Assembly: GCF_018977255.1 (NCBI RefSeq) | Contig: NW_024704742.1 | Location: forward strand, 114,702,001 to 114,766,000 | Source: Callorhinchus milii | Lineage: Eukaryota | Length of the DNA stretch: 64,000 bases | Reading direction: 5' to 3' | Shown: positions 51,801 to 62,690 of the stretch, piece after piece | How positions within the stretch are numbered: the stretch's first letter is position 1 | Layout: every line of letters begins with the position of its first letter | Notes under the pieces: generated by a model | Database searches by the model: none | Seen by the model: the letters and a program-made list of their open reading frames with translations, nothing else | Told to the model about the DNA's origin: nothing | Made by a program: the position numbers and the translations under genes

Positions 51801-54800
51801 AAACACTTTCTGATAGGACCACCCTACACGCAAGGTGTTACAGGGTTAACAGGAGCTGAGTGGGAAGAACTTTGTCCCTATCATGATGAGTGATTGGGAG
51901 CCTAATGTTCCATTGAACTGCGGCTATGAGGATAATTACCTGACTAATGTCACTTGTCCACGCAGCCTTTTCCTGTCGCGATGGAGATAACAGCACAACA
52001 GTGAATGGTGGAGCATCGGGAGACTCGACCACAATTTTGAAGTCTAGGTGCCCAAAAACCTGTCCAGAGCTTTTGGCTAAAAAGTATAAATAAAAGTTAG
52101 CACACCGAGCAGAAAATATTGAAAGCTAACTTTGGAAAAAGTGACAAAATAGCATTTTTCCTATTTGACCGAGCAAGAGAATATTCCAGTCCTTGACTCA
52201 GCTTTGATTCCTTTGCATATGTTTGTTCCCATTGGACTGTTGAAGAGGCCTTGTCTACTATCACTTCTATCAAATATCCTAATTGAGGTTATAATCACTG
52301 GTCTCAAGTGTAAAGGAAAATTTGAGCATGACAGACTGAAGAGAAGGTGGGACCAAAAAGTATATGACCTATTGGATAGTGCACATAACACAAACCTTGC
52401 ATCCAAAGTGAGCCAAGAGCACAGAGCAGAAGACATGCAATATAAGTTAGCCCAAAGTACATTTTGAACAAATATCTGGAAAATATCTTTTCTCAAAGTG
52501 CTGAATGTTTGGATTAATTGACTAAGCAAGGCAATAGAGTCAATCGATAGTTATTCAACATGCAATTCAATACCAAAATGGGAAATTTAATGTACAAGAA
52601 GGGTAAACTTCAGCAGAAAAAGGCTTTTCTCAACTTCAAAATTGATTTAGTTTGTATACGGCTGTCACCTCACACTTGTTTGTGAAACACTGCTGTGCAA
52701 AAAGTTAGCTGCCATGGTTACCTACAAAGGCGTCATTGCATTTTAGAGTAAAACTCTTTGAGACATCCTCCTGATGCGAAAGGCGCTACATCAGTTACAA
52801 GGATAATTATTATTACATACTCTGTTTTAGAAAGAAGTTGTATAAGATGATTGTTAGTAAGATTTTTAAAGTATACCCCATATTTGAAGATATTTAAAAT
52901 TTTTGTAGATGATTATTAGCTTTCAAAGTAGAGAGACCGACTTCAGTTTTGAAATGAAATCCACCAAATATAACAAATATACGCACATGGTCTACTGTCT
53001 CGTGCAATACCCAATATTGGTACTTTCTACACCCTCACGCAAACATTTGCTCCATCTGACTTTCGGGCATTGTAAAGATGTTGGGATCTCACAAGTGTGT
53101 GTAAGAGATTCCTGTGACGCTTAATACTAGTTTAATGCTAAGGTTTGCCTGAGTCTCGATTTTTGTCAAGTAATTCTTACCAAAATAAAGGACAATTGTT
53201 ACCATCCTAAAAAGCACACATAAATCAAAAGTACAATCTTAATAACTAGAAAATCTGTAGGAATCTGTTTTGATGGTGAGTGAGGTTATCCCCTGTGTCA
53301 AATTAGTCTCATTCGGTTACATGCGAATTGCCTTGATAGTAAACCAACTTCAAGGTAGCTCACGCTCCCCATGTTGCCATACCTGAGCCTCTAGCCACTA
53401 AAGAGCAATGCAGAATTTCATTTATTTATGGCTTCATGATCTGCAGAAATACTGACTGTACTTACATTCATCCTCACTGGAGTCAGGCTCTTCTATAAGA
53501 GTGCAGTCCATCAGGGAGAGAACACCTCCAGTCTAAAGAAAGTAAAAGCAGCAGCAGTCAGTATGGAAATCATTTAGCTTCTCTCTAGAATGCCCTTTGG
53601 CCCATCTGATCTCACGGGCCTCCAGAACATCCAGCTCACAGTGCACTTATCACAACATCAAACTGCTTTTTATACGAATCCAGTATCTTGGCCTCTCTAC
53701 CATCTTTCCTGGCAACCTGTTCTAGTCATCAATTACCCTCTGTGTAAAGAAAAACTTCCTGGTGTCTGTCCTGAAATTGCTCTTTACAACTCTAAACCTG
53801 TGTCCTCTTGTTCTACTTTCTTGATGAATCCAAAAGCATTGATACGAGTTTATTTTTCCAATCCCATTAAAATCTTATCCACCTCTATGAGGTCCCATCT
53901 GAATTGTCTTCTCTAAAGACTGAAGAGCCCTAGCTTGTATAATTGTTGTTATAGCTCTCATTTGCTCTGTTAAGTAAGTGGCTGATAAAGATTTGCCCTG
54001 TGAATTCATGGGAAACTTTAGTCAAAATGTATCTCACATCAAGGAGCCAGTGATGCTGCCACTTAAAAGAGGAACATTTTTCAACCTATAATTCTGTGAC
54101 TCCAAAACAGCATAAGGAACATTGGAAAATGTAGGTTTCAAATATGCTCTCACCCTACCCTCATTCCTCTGCCCGCAGAGTGGTTCTGACGTTCCAACAG
54201 GACCCAGAGAAACTACAAACCAGGTAAACCCACACAAGGTGTGTTTGAATAGAAAGCCGATACAATATGTTCTACCTCAAGTTATAACTGAGACAATGAG
54301 CATTATATAAGTTACTTGAAGAAGCCAAAATACTGAAAAATGCATGTGCAGGTTCATAAAAATGCAGTTAAAAGTGTCAGCCTGGCTCGCTTCTGCGTCA
54401 GAAAGTTATGGGTTCAAGCACGGGACTTGGAATCTCGCAGAGTAAGCTGACACTGCAATGCAGTGCTGGGGGAGAAGGGGGTTTCATTGTCGGAGTTGCA
54501 GTCCTTCAGCTGAGATGTTAAACCGAGGTTCTGTCTGCCTGTTCAGATGGACGTTAAAAATCCCAAGGCACTATTTGAAAAGAGAGGGGAATCCTGACCT
54601 GACCAACAATCCCCCAAATAAAATTGGTCACGCACTTCATGGCTGTTTGTGGGACTTTGCTGTGCCTAACGGAATGTGAGTTTCGCCCACAATATATACA
54701 GTCAAAACCACTTTACAGTATATCCCTCTGAAGTGCTTTGAGACATCTCTAGCACGTGATAAGGCACTATATCAAATTCAAGCATTATTATTTTATAGAT

Positions 54801-57800
54801 TTTAAAAATATGTTATCCGGTCCAGATTCTGCTTCTATAAAACAATGACACAACAGTTTTCATGTTTATTAGATGCTATTATTATTATGGTTGACAAAAT
54901 ATGTCTAAGGAAAACGGTTGGTTACTTGTGCTGAGGCAAGATCGAACTGGAAATGAAGTCTTGCAAGTCAGTGTAATGTGCATGCCTTGCCTTGCACAAA
55001 ATACAGCTGCCAGGAAGCTTACCACTTTACTGAGGAGCACTTCGCTAACCTTATTGATGGCTCTAGTTGTGATATTTGCAAAATGCTAATTACGACTTCC
55101 GAAAGCCACCAAAGCCTGAAGAAGGTCTGAGAGCAAACCACAGCCACCTGTTTTGCTCTGTAACCCTACTGTGTTTTTTTGTGTCCTTCAGTAATCAGCA
55201 ACCCCCATCCGAGCGCTCAGATTGTTCGCAGAATTTCAAATAGAGCTTCTCATTCTTTTGCGAGCATTGTTAATTCGATCCCAATGTAGAATGCAACGGG
55301 GGGTGTATGAGGGGGAGCGATGGGGGGAGAACAGATTTAAAAACAGGCTTAAAAAGAATTAAATGGCACCTTCAGAAGATGCAGCTTTCCTCCGGAACTT
55401 CTTGTGCAAACTAAAAAGTGCTTTGTAAATAAGAAGCACTGCCTTTCTCCTTCCTTCTTCAAAGAAAGGGAGCCTAGACGGACTTTGGTGAGCTTCCCTC
55501 TCTCCACCGAAGGGAGCTGTATAAGAGAACCTGGAATGCCAGAAAGATTTCGGTCAGATTCCATGAAGGAGAGTGTTGAAATCGATATGTCCAAACAAAA
55601 CGTAAAATGTTAGTCTTTTTATTCTGAAACCCTGCATGAACCCTTCCAACCTGACTTCCATAATGCTCATAATATCAAGACTGCCCTGGTTACAAATGAC
55701 ATTGTCTCCTACTGAGACCAGGGCTCTCTCTGCCTCCTCGTTCCACCTTCACGCTGCTGTCCTTTTCATTCTTTCCGATCCCAATGTCTCTGAAACTGCT
55801 ATATAAATGTAAGTTGTTGTTTGTTGTTGTTGATGGGTTCATTTCACTAAGGTCCTTCTGGCTAAGAGGAGAATCCTACCAGTTCAGACTGGATTCAAAT
55901 CCAAGACCAAGTATTGGAAACCCAGTGTGCCAACCCACTGCACCATCCAGTCTTCCACTGGAGACTGACATTCCTCTCAGGTCCTGCAACCCTACAAGCC
56001 AAAGCCCTCATGGGATAGGGTTGTCTTTGCTGTGCAAGCAGTAGGAAGATAGTTGGTGTTGTGTGGAATTAGCTAATTAAACTAGCAACACCTCACTGTA
56101 CAATCTAGGGTCCCCAAGCCATAATACTTGTCTGCCTGCACCTAACTCACTCCCCCCAACCCGGCCCAACACCCGGATTAGGTAAACAATGTATGTCCCT
56201 CTCAAGTGCGGACTCTATACCAGACAAATGGAGATTTCCATACATACGTGGAACTCTCTATCTGGTTTGGAAACTCTTAAGCACTACGAAGGGTTTCCAC
56301 CACGTATCAGACTAAAAAACACACTCCTTCTGGTAATTTTTTTTACAAATAAATAATACATGTTGAACGTAGTTCCCCTAATTTAGTTTATTTCACTGTC
56401 ATCAAAAGTAGCATTTGTTCAAATATAGAGTAATGCTGGTGAAGTGGTTAAATGACAGAATGATGTTATAACCTTTAACCAAACACTATCAAACATGCTA
56501 ACCACCCACGCATTATTCAATGATGACAGGCCCATTTCAATCTGCCAACCACCTGCCAACCTAAAATTACAGTCAAGCAAAAAACTGCAGAAAGACAGAC
56601 ATTTTTAGTCCTTCAGTAATCTGAGTGCATTTTATTCTCACAGTGACCTCAAAATCAAACCACAAAACCTATTGGAAAATGAAATAGGAGCCTAAAACAA
56701 AACAAAAAGGATCTCAATGCATAGGAAGAGCAGGTCATTCAACCTATTAATAGTAAAATCATGGCAGCTCTTGATCTTTCTAAACCCGTTTCCATCTTTT
56801 TCTCGCATCTCTTAATACTTTTGCTGCCTAAATATCTTTCCTTCTTTTAAACTCCTCAAGTGATTCTGTATCTATTGCATTCTTATAGCTGGAAGAGAAT
56901 GGAGAACTTCAATTCAGTCAGTCTGATTTGGATAATAAATGAGGTCCACAGGTGAATGCCCTGAGATGCCATCCCAGCTGAAGGGCACTATTTAAAGGCA
57001 AGTTGTTGTTGAAGGGTTGGATTGTATCCAGTAAGTTATCCAGTCACTTATATATCTATTCACTATCACACACAGTTTTTTCAAGGATTTACACAATAGG
57101 CAACCATCTGGAATTCACACTAAAATCGTCATGCTTTCACTCTGTGTTATTGCACATTACATCTTAGTCTTTCTTTAACACCTACAAAATTCACAGTTAC
57201 CACTCTGTACACCAAATCCTGTGAAATGCTTTGAGATGTCCTCCCGACATGAAAGGCCCCCTGTCAAACGCAGGGAGTATTAAATACAAATGCAAGGATT
57301 ATCAAGCAGACTACATGTAAGCTTTAGGTAAAAGGCACACTTACCTTGGCGTACAAAAGTCTGGCTTGTATCCAGCAAGATGTCACATCCTTCCACAATC
57401 GTTCTCTCTATTGCAAGGTTTTTCCGAATATTTTCTGTGTCACTCACTTCATCATGCATTACTCTAAACATATACACAGCAGTCAGATCATTAAATGCAA
57501 TTTAGTCTATGACATGTATTTATGCTTGATTCCCAGCTCAGTGAATCACAAGAAATCAATACAACTGGTTGCACACACGACATATTAATATAAACTAAGG
57601 TTACTTAGCAACAGATGTGCCTCGTTTTCTAGTGAGCACTATTATTACATTATTACAATGTATTATGTGTCAAATGATCAAGTCAAAACTTATCCTCCTC
57701 TCTAACTATTATCAATAATACTGAGTGAGTGTCACTTCAGTTTTTCTTCATCATTGAAATCAGTGATTTTAAAGTTTAATAATCCTGTGTTGGTCAATGA

Positions 57801-60800
57801 TCAGAGTCTTATCTTCCTTCTTTCCTTGTTCTAAAGCCCAGCAATTCAATGCTGTTGCCCATCACTTGTTGCAAGTATCTGTACCAGTTCCATCACTGAC
57901 TGAATTTTGCATAATTCAGATGGCAACAAGATGTAGGGGAAACCAAAAGCTGACTGAAATGGAGTCCTGTAGCTTAGTGGCTAAAGCACTTGCCTCGCAA
58001 GCGAGAGGACCCAGATTCGATTCCCAGGCAAGGCAAAACATTGGGCAAGTTTCCTTATTCCACATGCTTCTGTTTACCGAGCAGTAAGTAGGAACCCCGT
58101 TGTTATTCGATTGGCAGATTGTTTTTCTGGGTGTAATAATCTCTTAAAAAANTAATAATTTGGTCACTCAATCCACCACTGTTTGTGGGACACTGCTGTG
58201 CGCAATTGGCTGTCGCGTTTCGCCCACAAAATACAGACAATTCACTTAATATATTCTTTGAAGTGCTTTGAGACTCTCCAAGACATGATAAGGGGCTATA
58301 TCAAAATACAAGGATTATTATATTATATATTATTTTTACTATGCTTTGATTCACCTTTGAATACTCAGACCACACAGTTCACAGGCTTTTCTGGGAGTCT
58401 TAAGAATCTGGGAATTCAAGTTGTATCGTTCCCTTTCAACAGAAGCAGCACGATCAAAAGACATATATGTTCTGTGTGGGATGCGAATGTAACTGATGAT
58501 GACGAACTGATGATTAAGAGAACAATAGTATACAAATACACATTTCCCCAGCCTGTCCATCTACAGGCCAGTTTGTCTAGCAAGAGGTCCAACCAGAAAA
58601 ATCCAGCCTGTCCAGCTCTGGGTGAGTCAAACAAACTCTGAAATGGACTTCCAGAGAGTGGGGCAGATATGCTGAAAACCTGCCCCCCAATAATGGGGCA
58701 AGGGGCCTGAATAGGCCGGTGCCCGCTGAGTGGACGGAGCAGCCGGGTTGTTAGGATTTAAGCACATTGAAATTTATTACGTTCAACAGAAACCAAAACG
58801 AGGGCTTATACTCCCTAGGCTAGGCTCTGACAGAGGGAGTAAAAGGGACTTTGTGGCTGGTTTGTAGGAATTTTACTCAGCTTGAAAACAAGATGTAAAC
58901 ATCCTCACCGAGAGAGATACCACACATCAACTGAAGGTTTGAATTGAATTCGCAAGAGGCAGAATTGTCATGAGAAAACTGAATGTGACTTTCAACAACT
59001 GAGTGAGCAAATGTTCCACTTCATACCTCAGAGCTTCCACTGAGCAACACTTCAAATCCCAAACACTGCTACCAAGAGAAGGAAATGCCAAGCCTCCCAG
59101 AGGATAACACACAGATTGCCCTCAAGAACCTACAATCTAAACTGCTCAGGGTCTTGAGGCAACGCAGAGGAGAGCAATAAGAATGATCCCCAGTGTTAGA
59201 GGAATGAGCTATGAGCGAATGAGCAAATTCTAGACAATCTAGGGCTCTTCAGTCTTGAGAGAAGATGACTCATAAGAAATCTCATTGAGATGTACCAAAT
59301 TTTAAATAGGACTGAAGAAATAAATCCAGATCAGTACTTTGGGAAGTATGAAAGTAGTAGAACAAGAGGACATAGGCTTAGAGTTGTAAAGAGCAATTTC
59401 AGGGCAGATGCTAGGAAGGTTTTCTTTATGCAGCAAGTAATCAACAACAGGAACAGATTGCCAGGAATAATTGGAGAGGCCAGGACACTTAACTTGACTT
59501 ATTTTAAGAGCAGCTTGATGCATCAGGTTTGACCCCCAATTATCCTTCCTCCCCCACATCCGGTCCCTCAGCAGCACCGCTTTCTTCCAGTTTCCGACAC
59601 ATCGCCCGTCTCCGCCAATACCCCACTCCAAAAGCCGTTGAAACCCTGGTCCATGCCTTTGTCACTTCTCGGCTGGACTATTCAAATGCCCTTCTCGCCG
59701 GCCTCCCCTCCACTACCATCCACAAAATCCAGGTCATCCAAAACTCTGCCGCCTGCATTCTTACCCGCACTAAACTCCGCTTCCCGATCACCCCAGTCCT
59801 TGCTAGACTGCACTGGCTGCCTGTCCCAGAAAGGATCGATTTCAAGATCCTCACCCTTGTCTTCAAATCCCTCTACTCCTCTGCATCCCCCTACTTCTCT
59901 GACCTCCTCTCTCCTCAGAACAGTGCCCGTTGCCTTCGTTCCTCCGGGTCTGGCCTCCTCCTTGTCCCCCGAGTCCTCCACACCACCCTCGGCGGCCGTG
60001 CGTTCAGCCACTATGCCCCGAGGCTCTGGAACTCCCTTCCTGACTCACTTCACCTCGCGCCCTCTCTTCCTATTTTCAGGTCTCGGCTGAAGACCTTTCT
60101 TTTCAACCGGGCCTTTGGTCATCTTCCTCCCCCTCCCCCTGGCTCGGCCCCGGGATCTGTTACTGTGAAGCGTTCTAAGACACCGTCCAGCGTGTAGGGC
60201 GCTATATAAATCTAAGTTGTTGTTGTTAAGTTGCTTTAGAGACTCTTAAGCATGGTAATGGGTTTCCAATATGTCAGATACCTGGTTGATCAAAAATAAA
60301 AGTTTTTTTGCACTTTTTTGACCAATTGTCCAGAATATTCTTTTAATATGTGAAGGTATGAATACAACAACAACAAGAATACAACATGTGGAGTCCTGTA
60401 GCTCAGTGGTTAGAGCACTCGCCTTGCAAGCAAGACACCTGGGTTCAATTCCAGGCAGGGCAAAACCTTGGGCAAGTTTCCTTACTCCACACGCCTAATA
60501 ATAATATAGTAATAATAATCCTTGTATTTGATATAGCGCTTTTCACGTCTTCAAGACGTCTCAAAGCGCTTCACAGAATATACTGTAAAGTGAATTGACC
60601 TTATATTTGTGGGCGAAACGCGGCAGTCAATTGTCGTGGATTGAAAATGACTAATTTATTATTGTTTTGTTTTGGAGGGATTATTATTAGGTGTGTGGAG
60701 TAAGGAAACTTAAATAATACATTGGTCATTTTCAATCCACGACTGTTTGTGGGACACTGCTGTGCGCAATTGGCTGCTGCGTTTCGCCCACAGATATACG

Positions 60801-62690
60801 ATCAATTCACTTTACAGTCTATTCTGTGAAGCGCTTTGAGACGTCGAAAATATGTGAAAAGCGCTATATCAAATGCAAGGATTATTGTTATTATTATTAT
60901 AATAAGTTGCATTTACATAGCATCCTTTGTGTGAGGTTGTGTCTTGGAGCACTTAATTTAGGTACGATTGACAATTTGAGAAGCGCTCCAGTACACTACC
61001 GCACGTGAAGGAGTAGCATTATAAATGCAAGTTGTTGTTGACAATTAGGTTTAAAAATGTCAAATCTTTCTGATCTACAGTCATTCTTCCTACAAATAGC
61101 TTCTCTCATCCCACAGAATTATTTTTTCCACAAATTTGGTCTGCTTTCAGATAAACACAGAAGGCTAAAAGTTAATTTAATATTGGTCTTCAAAGCTCTG
61201 AAGGCTTTGACAAAGCTGGCCAATGTTCACGATTTCCAATGAAGAATTAAAATCTTTTGCACCCAGTGTGTAGAAATGTCATGAATGAAATGCTTTGACA
61301 CAAGTGGCTATTGAAGCTGAGACCATAACTGTATTAATAGAGAATTCGGTAAACATTCCCTATAAGATATAGGGATGGGCAGAGAATTCAGGTTAGAGTC
61401 ATTATCTCCAGTGGATGAGCTAGTTCCAGTTTAGGCTTGCCAATGATCTTCTCATTCACTGTGACTGTGTATGATCTTGTACTGTTCATAAGTTTCATCC
61501 TTTAATCTAGTGATATCTATAGGATTGTGGATGAACTGATCAAATATAATTTAGTTTTTTTTAAAAAAAATAAACTCGATTTCATTTCTAAATTATTAAT
61601 CTTAAAGACTGTTGAAAATTGCGTTGTGAACTCTGAGGCCCCTATGTGGTTTGTGTTGGACTATGTATATTAATGTTATCCAAAACAGCATATAATAACA
61701 ATAATAATAATAATAATCCTTGCATTTGATATCGTGCTTTCCACTTCTTCTAGACGTCGCAAAGCACTTCACAGAATATACCACAAAGTGAATTGACTGT
61801 ATATTTGCGGCAGCCAATTTTACACAGCAGTGTCCCACAAACAGTCATGGATTGAGTGACCAAATTATTATTATTTTTTGTTTGAGGAGATTATTATCCC
61901 CGAGGAAGCGTTCCGCCAATCAACTAACAACCGGGTCCCTACTTACTGCTAGGTAAACAGAAATATGTAGAACAAGGAAACTTGCCCAAGGTTTCGCCCT
62001 GCCAGGAATCAAACCCAGGTCTCTCACTTGTGATGAGAGTGCTCTAACCACTGAGCTGAAGGATTTCAGATGAGTCAAGACTACGTTTCTCATGATTGGC
62101 CGGTAAGTGTGCACGCGTGGACTGGTCACCACGTCATTCGATTCAGCCCACAAATGCAAATGCTGAATGCAAATGCGGGAGTAAAGCAGGAGGGGAAGTA
62201 TCCTATAACAATAATAATAATAATCCTTGCATTTGATATAGATGGCTCAAAGCGCTTCACAGAATATGCTGTAAAGTGAATTGATCGTATATTTGTGGGC
62301 GAAATGCAGCAGCCAATTGCCCACAGCAGCGTCCTACAAACAGTCGTGGATTGAAGTGACCAATTTATGTTTGTTTTATACTGCCACACACGTCCACATT
62401 CAATTTGTAGATTGATATATTTCCTGATCTTCTCTAGTTCCTAAGTAATCACTTAGGATAGCCATATCAATAATACTACATGTACAATCTATTTGGTTCT
62501 TTCTAACAATAACTATGAATTTATTATTACAGGGTGGAGTGCTTCACCTTTTGTGTCCAGATATGCAATTGCTATCTTACCTTGATAAATTTTCCAGTTT
62601 TGACTTGGCAAATTCCAGGCTTTTTCTTTCCACGTGCTCATGTGGCGTATGTGCCAAGAGTTCATGTAGTGTTATTATATACCGTGGGAT
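9769..62690 (-). CDS. RASGRF2: RASGRF2 orthologue (Ras-specific guanine nucleotide-releasing factor 2), 5'-partial; 20 coding exons in window
   Basis: Twenty GT-AG exons join in consistent phase: 2658 nt including the stop when the middle acceptor of exon 16 is used. The peptide matches RASGRF2 as I recall it ([52 protein letters not shown]) better than RASGRF1. Confidence 0.96.
10846..11160 (+). mobile_element. tRNA-Ala-headed Deu-type SINE, short form, full length
   Basis: GGAGTCCTGTAGCTCAGTGG head through (ATT)n tail; near-identical to the 18060 and 50690 copies. Confidence 0.93.
11289..11357 (-). CDS. RASGRF2: RASGRF2 exon ~26: [23 protein letters not shown]
   Basis: tttag|ATA...AAG|gtaac; 69 nt. 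Confidence 0.96.
12051..12168 (-). CDS. RASGRF2: RASGRF2 exon ~25: [39 protein letters not shown]
   Basis: aacag|C...ATG|gtgagt; 118 nt; hallmark CDC25 motif. Confidence 0.97.
12908..12987 (-). CDS. RASGRF2: RASGRF2 exon ~24: [26 protein letters not shown](N)
   Basis: ttgcag|ACG...AAAAA|gttagt; 80 nt. Confidence 0.95.
13560..13900 (+). mobile_element. CR1-clade LINE ORF2 C-terminal fragment
   Basis: [19 protein letters not shown] motif. Confidence 0.78.
13955..14152 (-). CDS. RASGRF2: RASGRF2 exon ~23: [10 protein letters not shown]...[10 protein letters not shown]
   Basis: tttcag|ATG...CAG|gtaat; 198 nt. Confidence 0.96.
14785..15527 (+). mobile_element. L2-clade LINE 3' end (subfamily B)
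   Basis: [20 protein letters not shown] motif, frameshifted; (GTT)n tail. Confidence 0.88.
15605..15780 (+). mobile_element. L2 subfamily A, short 3' end
   Basis: [19 protein letters not shown]...(GTT)n. Confidence 0.88.
16532..16616 (-). CDS. RASGRF2: RASGRF2 exon ~22: [28 protein letters not shown]
   Basis: tttcag|G...GAT|gtaagt; 85 nt. Confidence 0.96.
17384..17853 (-). mobile_element. Same SINE with its 5' half duplicated in tandem (double-headed)
   Basis: Full copy 17384-17698 plus a head-only copy 17701-17853. Confidence 0.92.
18060..18384 (-). mobile_element. tRNA-Ala-headed Deu-type SINE, short form, inserted in a CR1 fragment
   Basis: Full head-to-tail copy. Confidence 0.93.
18709..18812 (-). 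CDS. RASGRF2: RASGRF2 exon ~21 (CDC25 start): [34 protein letters not shown](E)
   Basis: tacag|ACA...TATGA|gtaagt; 104 nt. Confidence 0.95.
20165..20359 (+). mobile_element. 5'-truncated copy of the same SINE
   Basis: Body and (ATT)n tail present, head absent. Confidence 0.88.
20789..21090 (-). mobile_element. L2 subfamily B 3' end
   Basis: Tail stem-loop and purine tract on the + strand. Confidence 0.78.
22041..22101 (-). CDS. RASGRF2: RASGRF2 exon ~20: [21 protein letters not shown]
   Basis: gtcag|T...CTG|gtgagt; 61 nt. Confidence 0.93.
23030..23142 (-). CDS. RASGRF2: RASGRF2 exon ~19: [37 protein letters not shown]
   Basis: tttag|GAT...TTAAG|gtaat; 113 nt. Confidence 0.95.
24510..24950 (-). 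mobile_element. Older Deu-type SINE, antisense copy
   Basis: Reverse complement of the 54375 family. Confidence 0.75.
27671..27777 (-). CDS. RASGRF2: RASGRF2 exon ~18: [36 protein letters not shown]
   Basis: ttttgcag|GA...CAG|gtac; 107 nt. Confidence 0.95.
31765..32240 (+). mobile_element. Degraded L2 ORF2 fragment
   Basis: [23 protein letters not shown] RT downstream motif. Confidence 0.8.
33285..33560 (+). mobile_element. Headless long-form SINE copy
   Basis: Contains the TTTACCTAGCAGT central segment plus the Deu-type tail. Confidence 0.8.
35608..35772 (-). CDS. RASGRF2: RASGRF2 exon ~17: [55 protein letters not shown]
   Basis: Core [15 protein letters not shown] motif is clear; atgcag|TT...GGAG|gtaaat gives 165 nt with phase 1/1; acceptor has a weak pyrimidine tract. 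Confidence 0.85.
37089..37214 (-). CDS. RASGRF2: RASGRF2 exon ~16: [42 protein letters not shown]
   Basis: Tandem acceptor tag-cag-cag, so the exon may start at 37217, 37214 or 37211; donor G|gtgagg. Confidence 0.9.
37575..37710 (+). mobile_element. Degraded Penelope-like element terminus
   Basis: Resembles the CTGATGAAG...GATGCTG..TGACCTGCT...TTTCCAGCATTTT pattern as I recall it. Confidence 0.4.
38872..39055 (+). repeat. Old SINE-like interspersed repeat; relatives at ~26800-26930, 34950-35240 and 51200-51600
   Basis: Shared CTGAGC.ACACA.ACC...GGTCTGTGCTGAGTTAG.TGATCTCA motif. Confidence 0.45.
39110..40010 (+). mobile_element. Degraded L2 3' end, interrupted
   Basis: [19 protein letters not shown] motifs; tail ~39960-40010. 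Confidence 0.75.
40645..40915 (-). mobile_element. L2 subfamily B 3' end
   Basis: [34 protein letters not shown]. Confidence 0.87.
45345..45845 (-). mobile_element. Degraded L2 ORF2 fragment
   Basis: [21 protein letters not shown] and LHW-type motifs. Confidence 0.78.
46350..46760 (+). mobile_element. CR1-clade LINE 3' end (shark HER1/HE1-like tail)
   Basis: [11 protein letters not shown] motif; tail GGCTCAAGGGGCTGAATGGCCTACTCCT. Confidence 0.85.
48135..48547 (-). CDS. RASGRF2: RASGRF2 exon ~15 (Ser/Pro-rich insert): [10 protein letters not shown]...KLRRSFRR
   Basis: cccag|G...AGAG|gtac; 413 nt; phase fits both neighbouring exons. Confidence 0.93.
48312..48353 (-). repeat. Coding (TCC/ACC)n microsatellite encoding [14 protein letters not shown]
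   Basis: GGTGGAGGAGGAGGAGGAGGAGGTGGAGGAGGAGGTGGTGGA on +, inside exon ~15. Confidence 0.9.
48881..49160 (-). mobile_element. L2 subfamily B 3' end containing a tandem repeat
   Basis: (AAC)n tail on +, stem-loop, purine tract. Confidence 0.85.
48975..49112 (+). repeat. G-rich minisatellite, 3 x 46 bp
   Basis: Unit AGGGGGGAAATGGTCAGGGTGAGGGGAGGGAAGGGAGGGAGCGAGG at 48975, 49021 and 49067. Confidence 0.95.
49631..49879 (-). CDS. RASGRF2: RASGRF2 exon ~14 (REM N-terminal part): [30 protein letters not shown]...KPFTSIPF(R)
   Basis: ctcag|A...TTCAG|gtaag; 249 nt. Confidence 0.96.
50468..50550 (-). CDS. RASGRF2: RASGRF2 exon ~13: [27 protein letters not shown](R)
   Basis: acag|TGC...ATTAG|gtaagt; 83 nt. 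Confidence 0.95.
50690..51001 (+). mobile_element. tRNA-Ala-headed Deu-type SINE, short form
   Basis: Full copy; matches the 10846 copy. Confidence 0.93.
51940..52076 (-). CDS. RASGRF2: RASGRF2 exon ~12: [17 protein letters not shown]...AAWTSDISQ
   Basis: tttag|CC...CAG|gtaat; 137 nt. Confidence 0.95.
53466..53532 (-). CDS. RASGRF2: RASGRF2 exon ~11: [22 protein letters not shown]
   Basis: tttag|ACT...GAAT|gtaag; 67 nt. Confidence 0.94.
53585..53940 (-). mobile_element. CR1 3' fragment
   Basis: Reverse-complement relative of 59150-59520. Confidence 0.75.
54375..54795 (+). mobile_element. Older Deu-type SINE with a different head (SacSINE1/LmeSINE1-like); degraded relatives at ~9950-10240, 21170-21560, 22290-22520, 23320-23750, 28960-29240, 29990-30280
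   Basis: GTCAGCCTGGCTC head; GATG..ACGTTAAACCGAGG..CTGCCTGTTCAG body; same tail type. Confidence 0.75.
55370..55530 (-). CDS. RASGRF2: RASGRF2 exon ~10 (PH2): [14 protein letters not shown]...GGKLHLLK
   Basis: ttccag|GT...AAG|gtgcc; 161 nt. Confidence 0.95.
57345..57463 (-). CDS. RASGRF2: RASGRF2 exon ~9: [39 protein letters not shown]
   Basis: tttag|A...CAAG|gtaagt; 119 nt. Confidence 0.95.
57961..58330 (+). mobile_element. tRNA-headed Deu-type SINE, long form
   Basis: Head plus an extra ~65-70 nt central segment plus tail. Confidence 0.88.
59150..59519 (+). mobile_element. CR1 3' fragment
   Basis: [23 protein letters not shown] motifs. Confidence 0.82.
59520..60227 (+). mobile_element. 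L2-clade LINE 3' end (subfamily A), inserted after a CR1 fragment
   Basis: ORF 59529-60197 reads [19 protein letters not shown]...LHWLPV...APRLWNSLP...LKTFLF; (GTT)n tail. Confidence 0.93.
60390..60903. mobile_element. Nested SINEs: plus-strand copy interrupted by an inverted headless copy (~60505-60711)
   Basis: Head on + ends at CCTAATAATAAT, then an antisense tail and body, then the + body and tail resume. Confidence 0.9.
61695..62062 (-). mobile_element. tRNA-headed Deu-type SINE, long form
   Basis: Central CTGTTTACCTAGCAGTAAGTAGGGACCCGG segment present. Confidence 0.87.
62209..62370 (-). mobile_element. 3' fragment of the same SINE
   Basis: Tail and body only. Confidence 0.82.
62581..62690 (-). 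CDS. RASGRF2: RASGRF2 exon ~8 (DH domain end): [36 protein letters not shown](R)
   Basis: ttccag|ATC...TCAAG|gtaag; 110 nt; not in the ORF track. Confidence 0.95.

Noticed and set aside
59529..60197. 222 aa ORF, the longest in the track
   Set aside because: C-terminal fragment of L2 ORF2 in a 5'-truncated copy; not a host gene.
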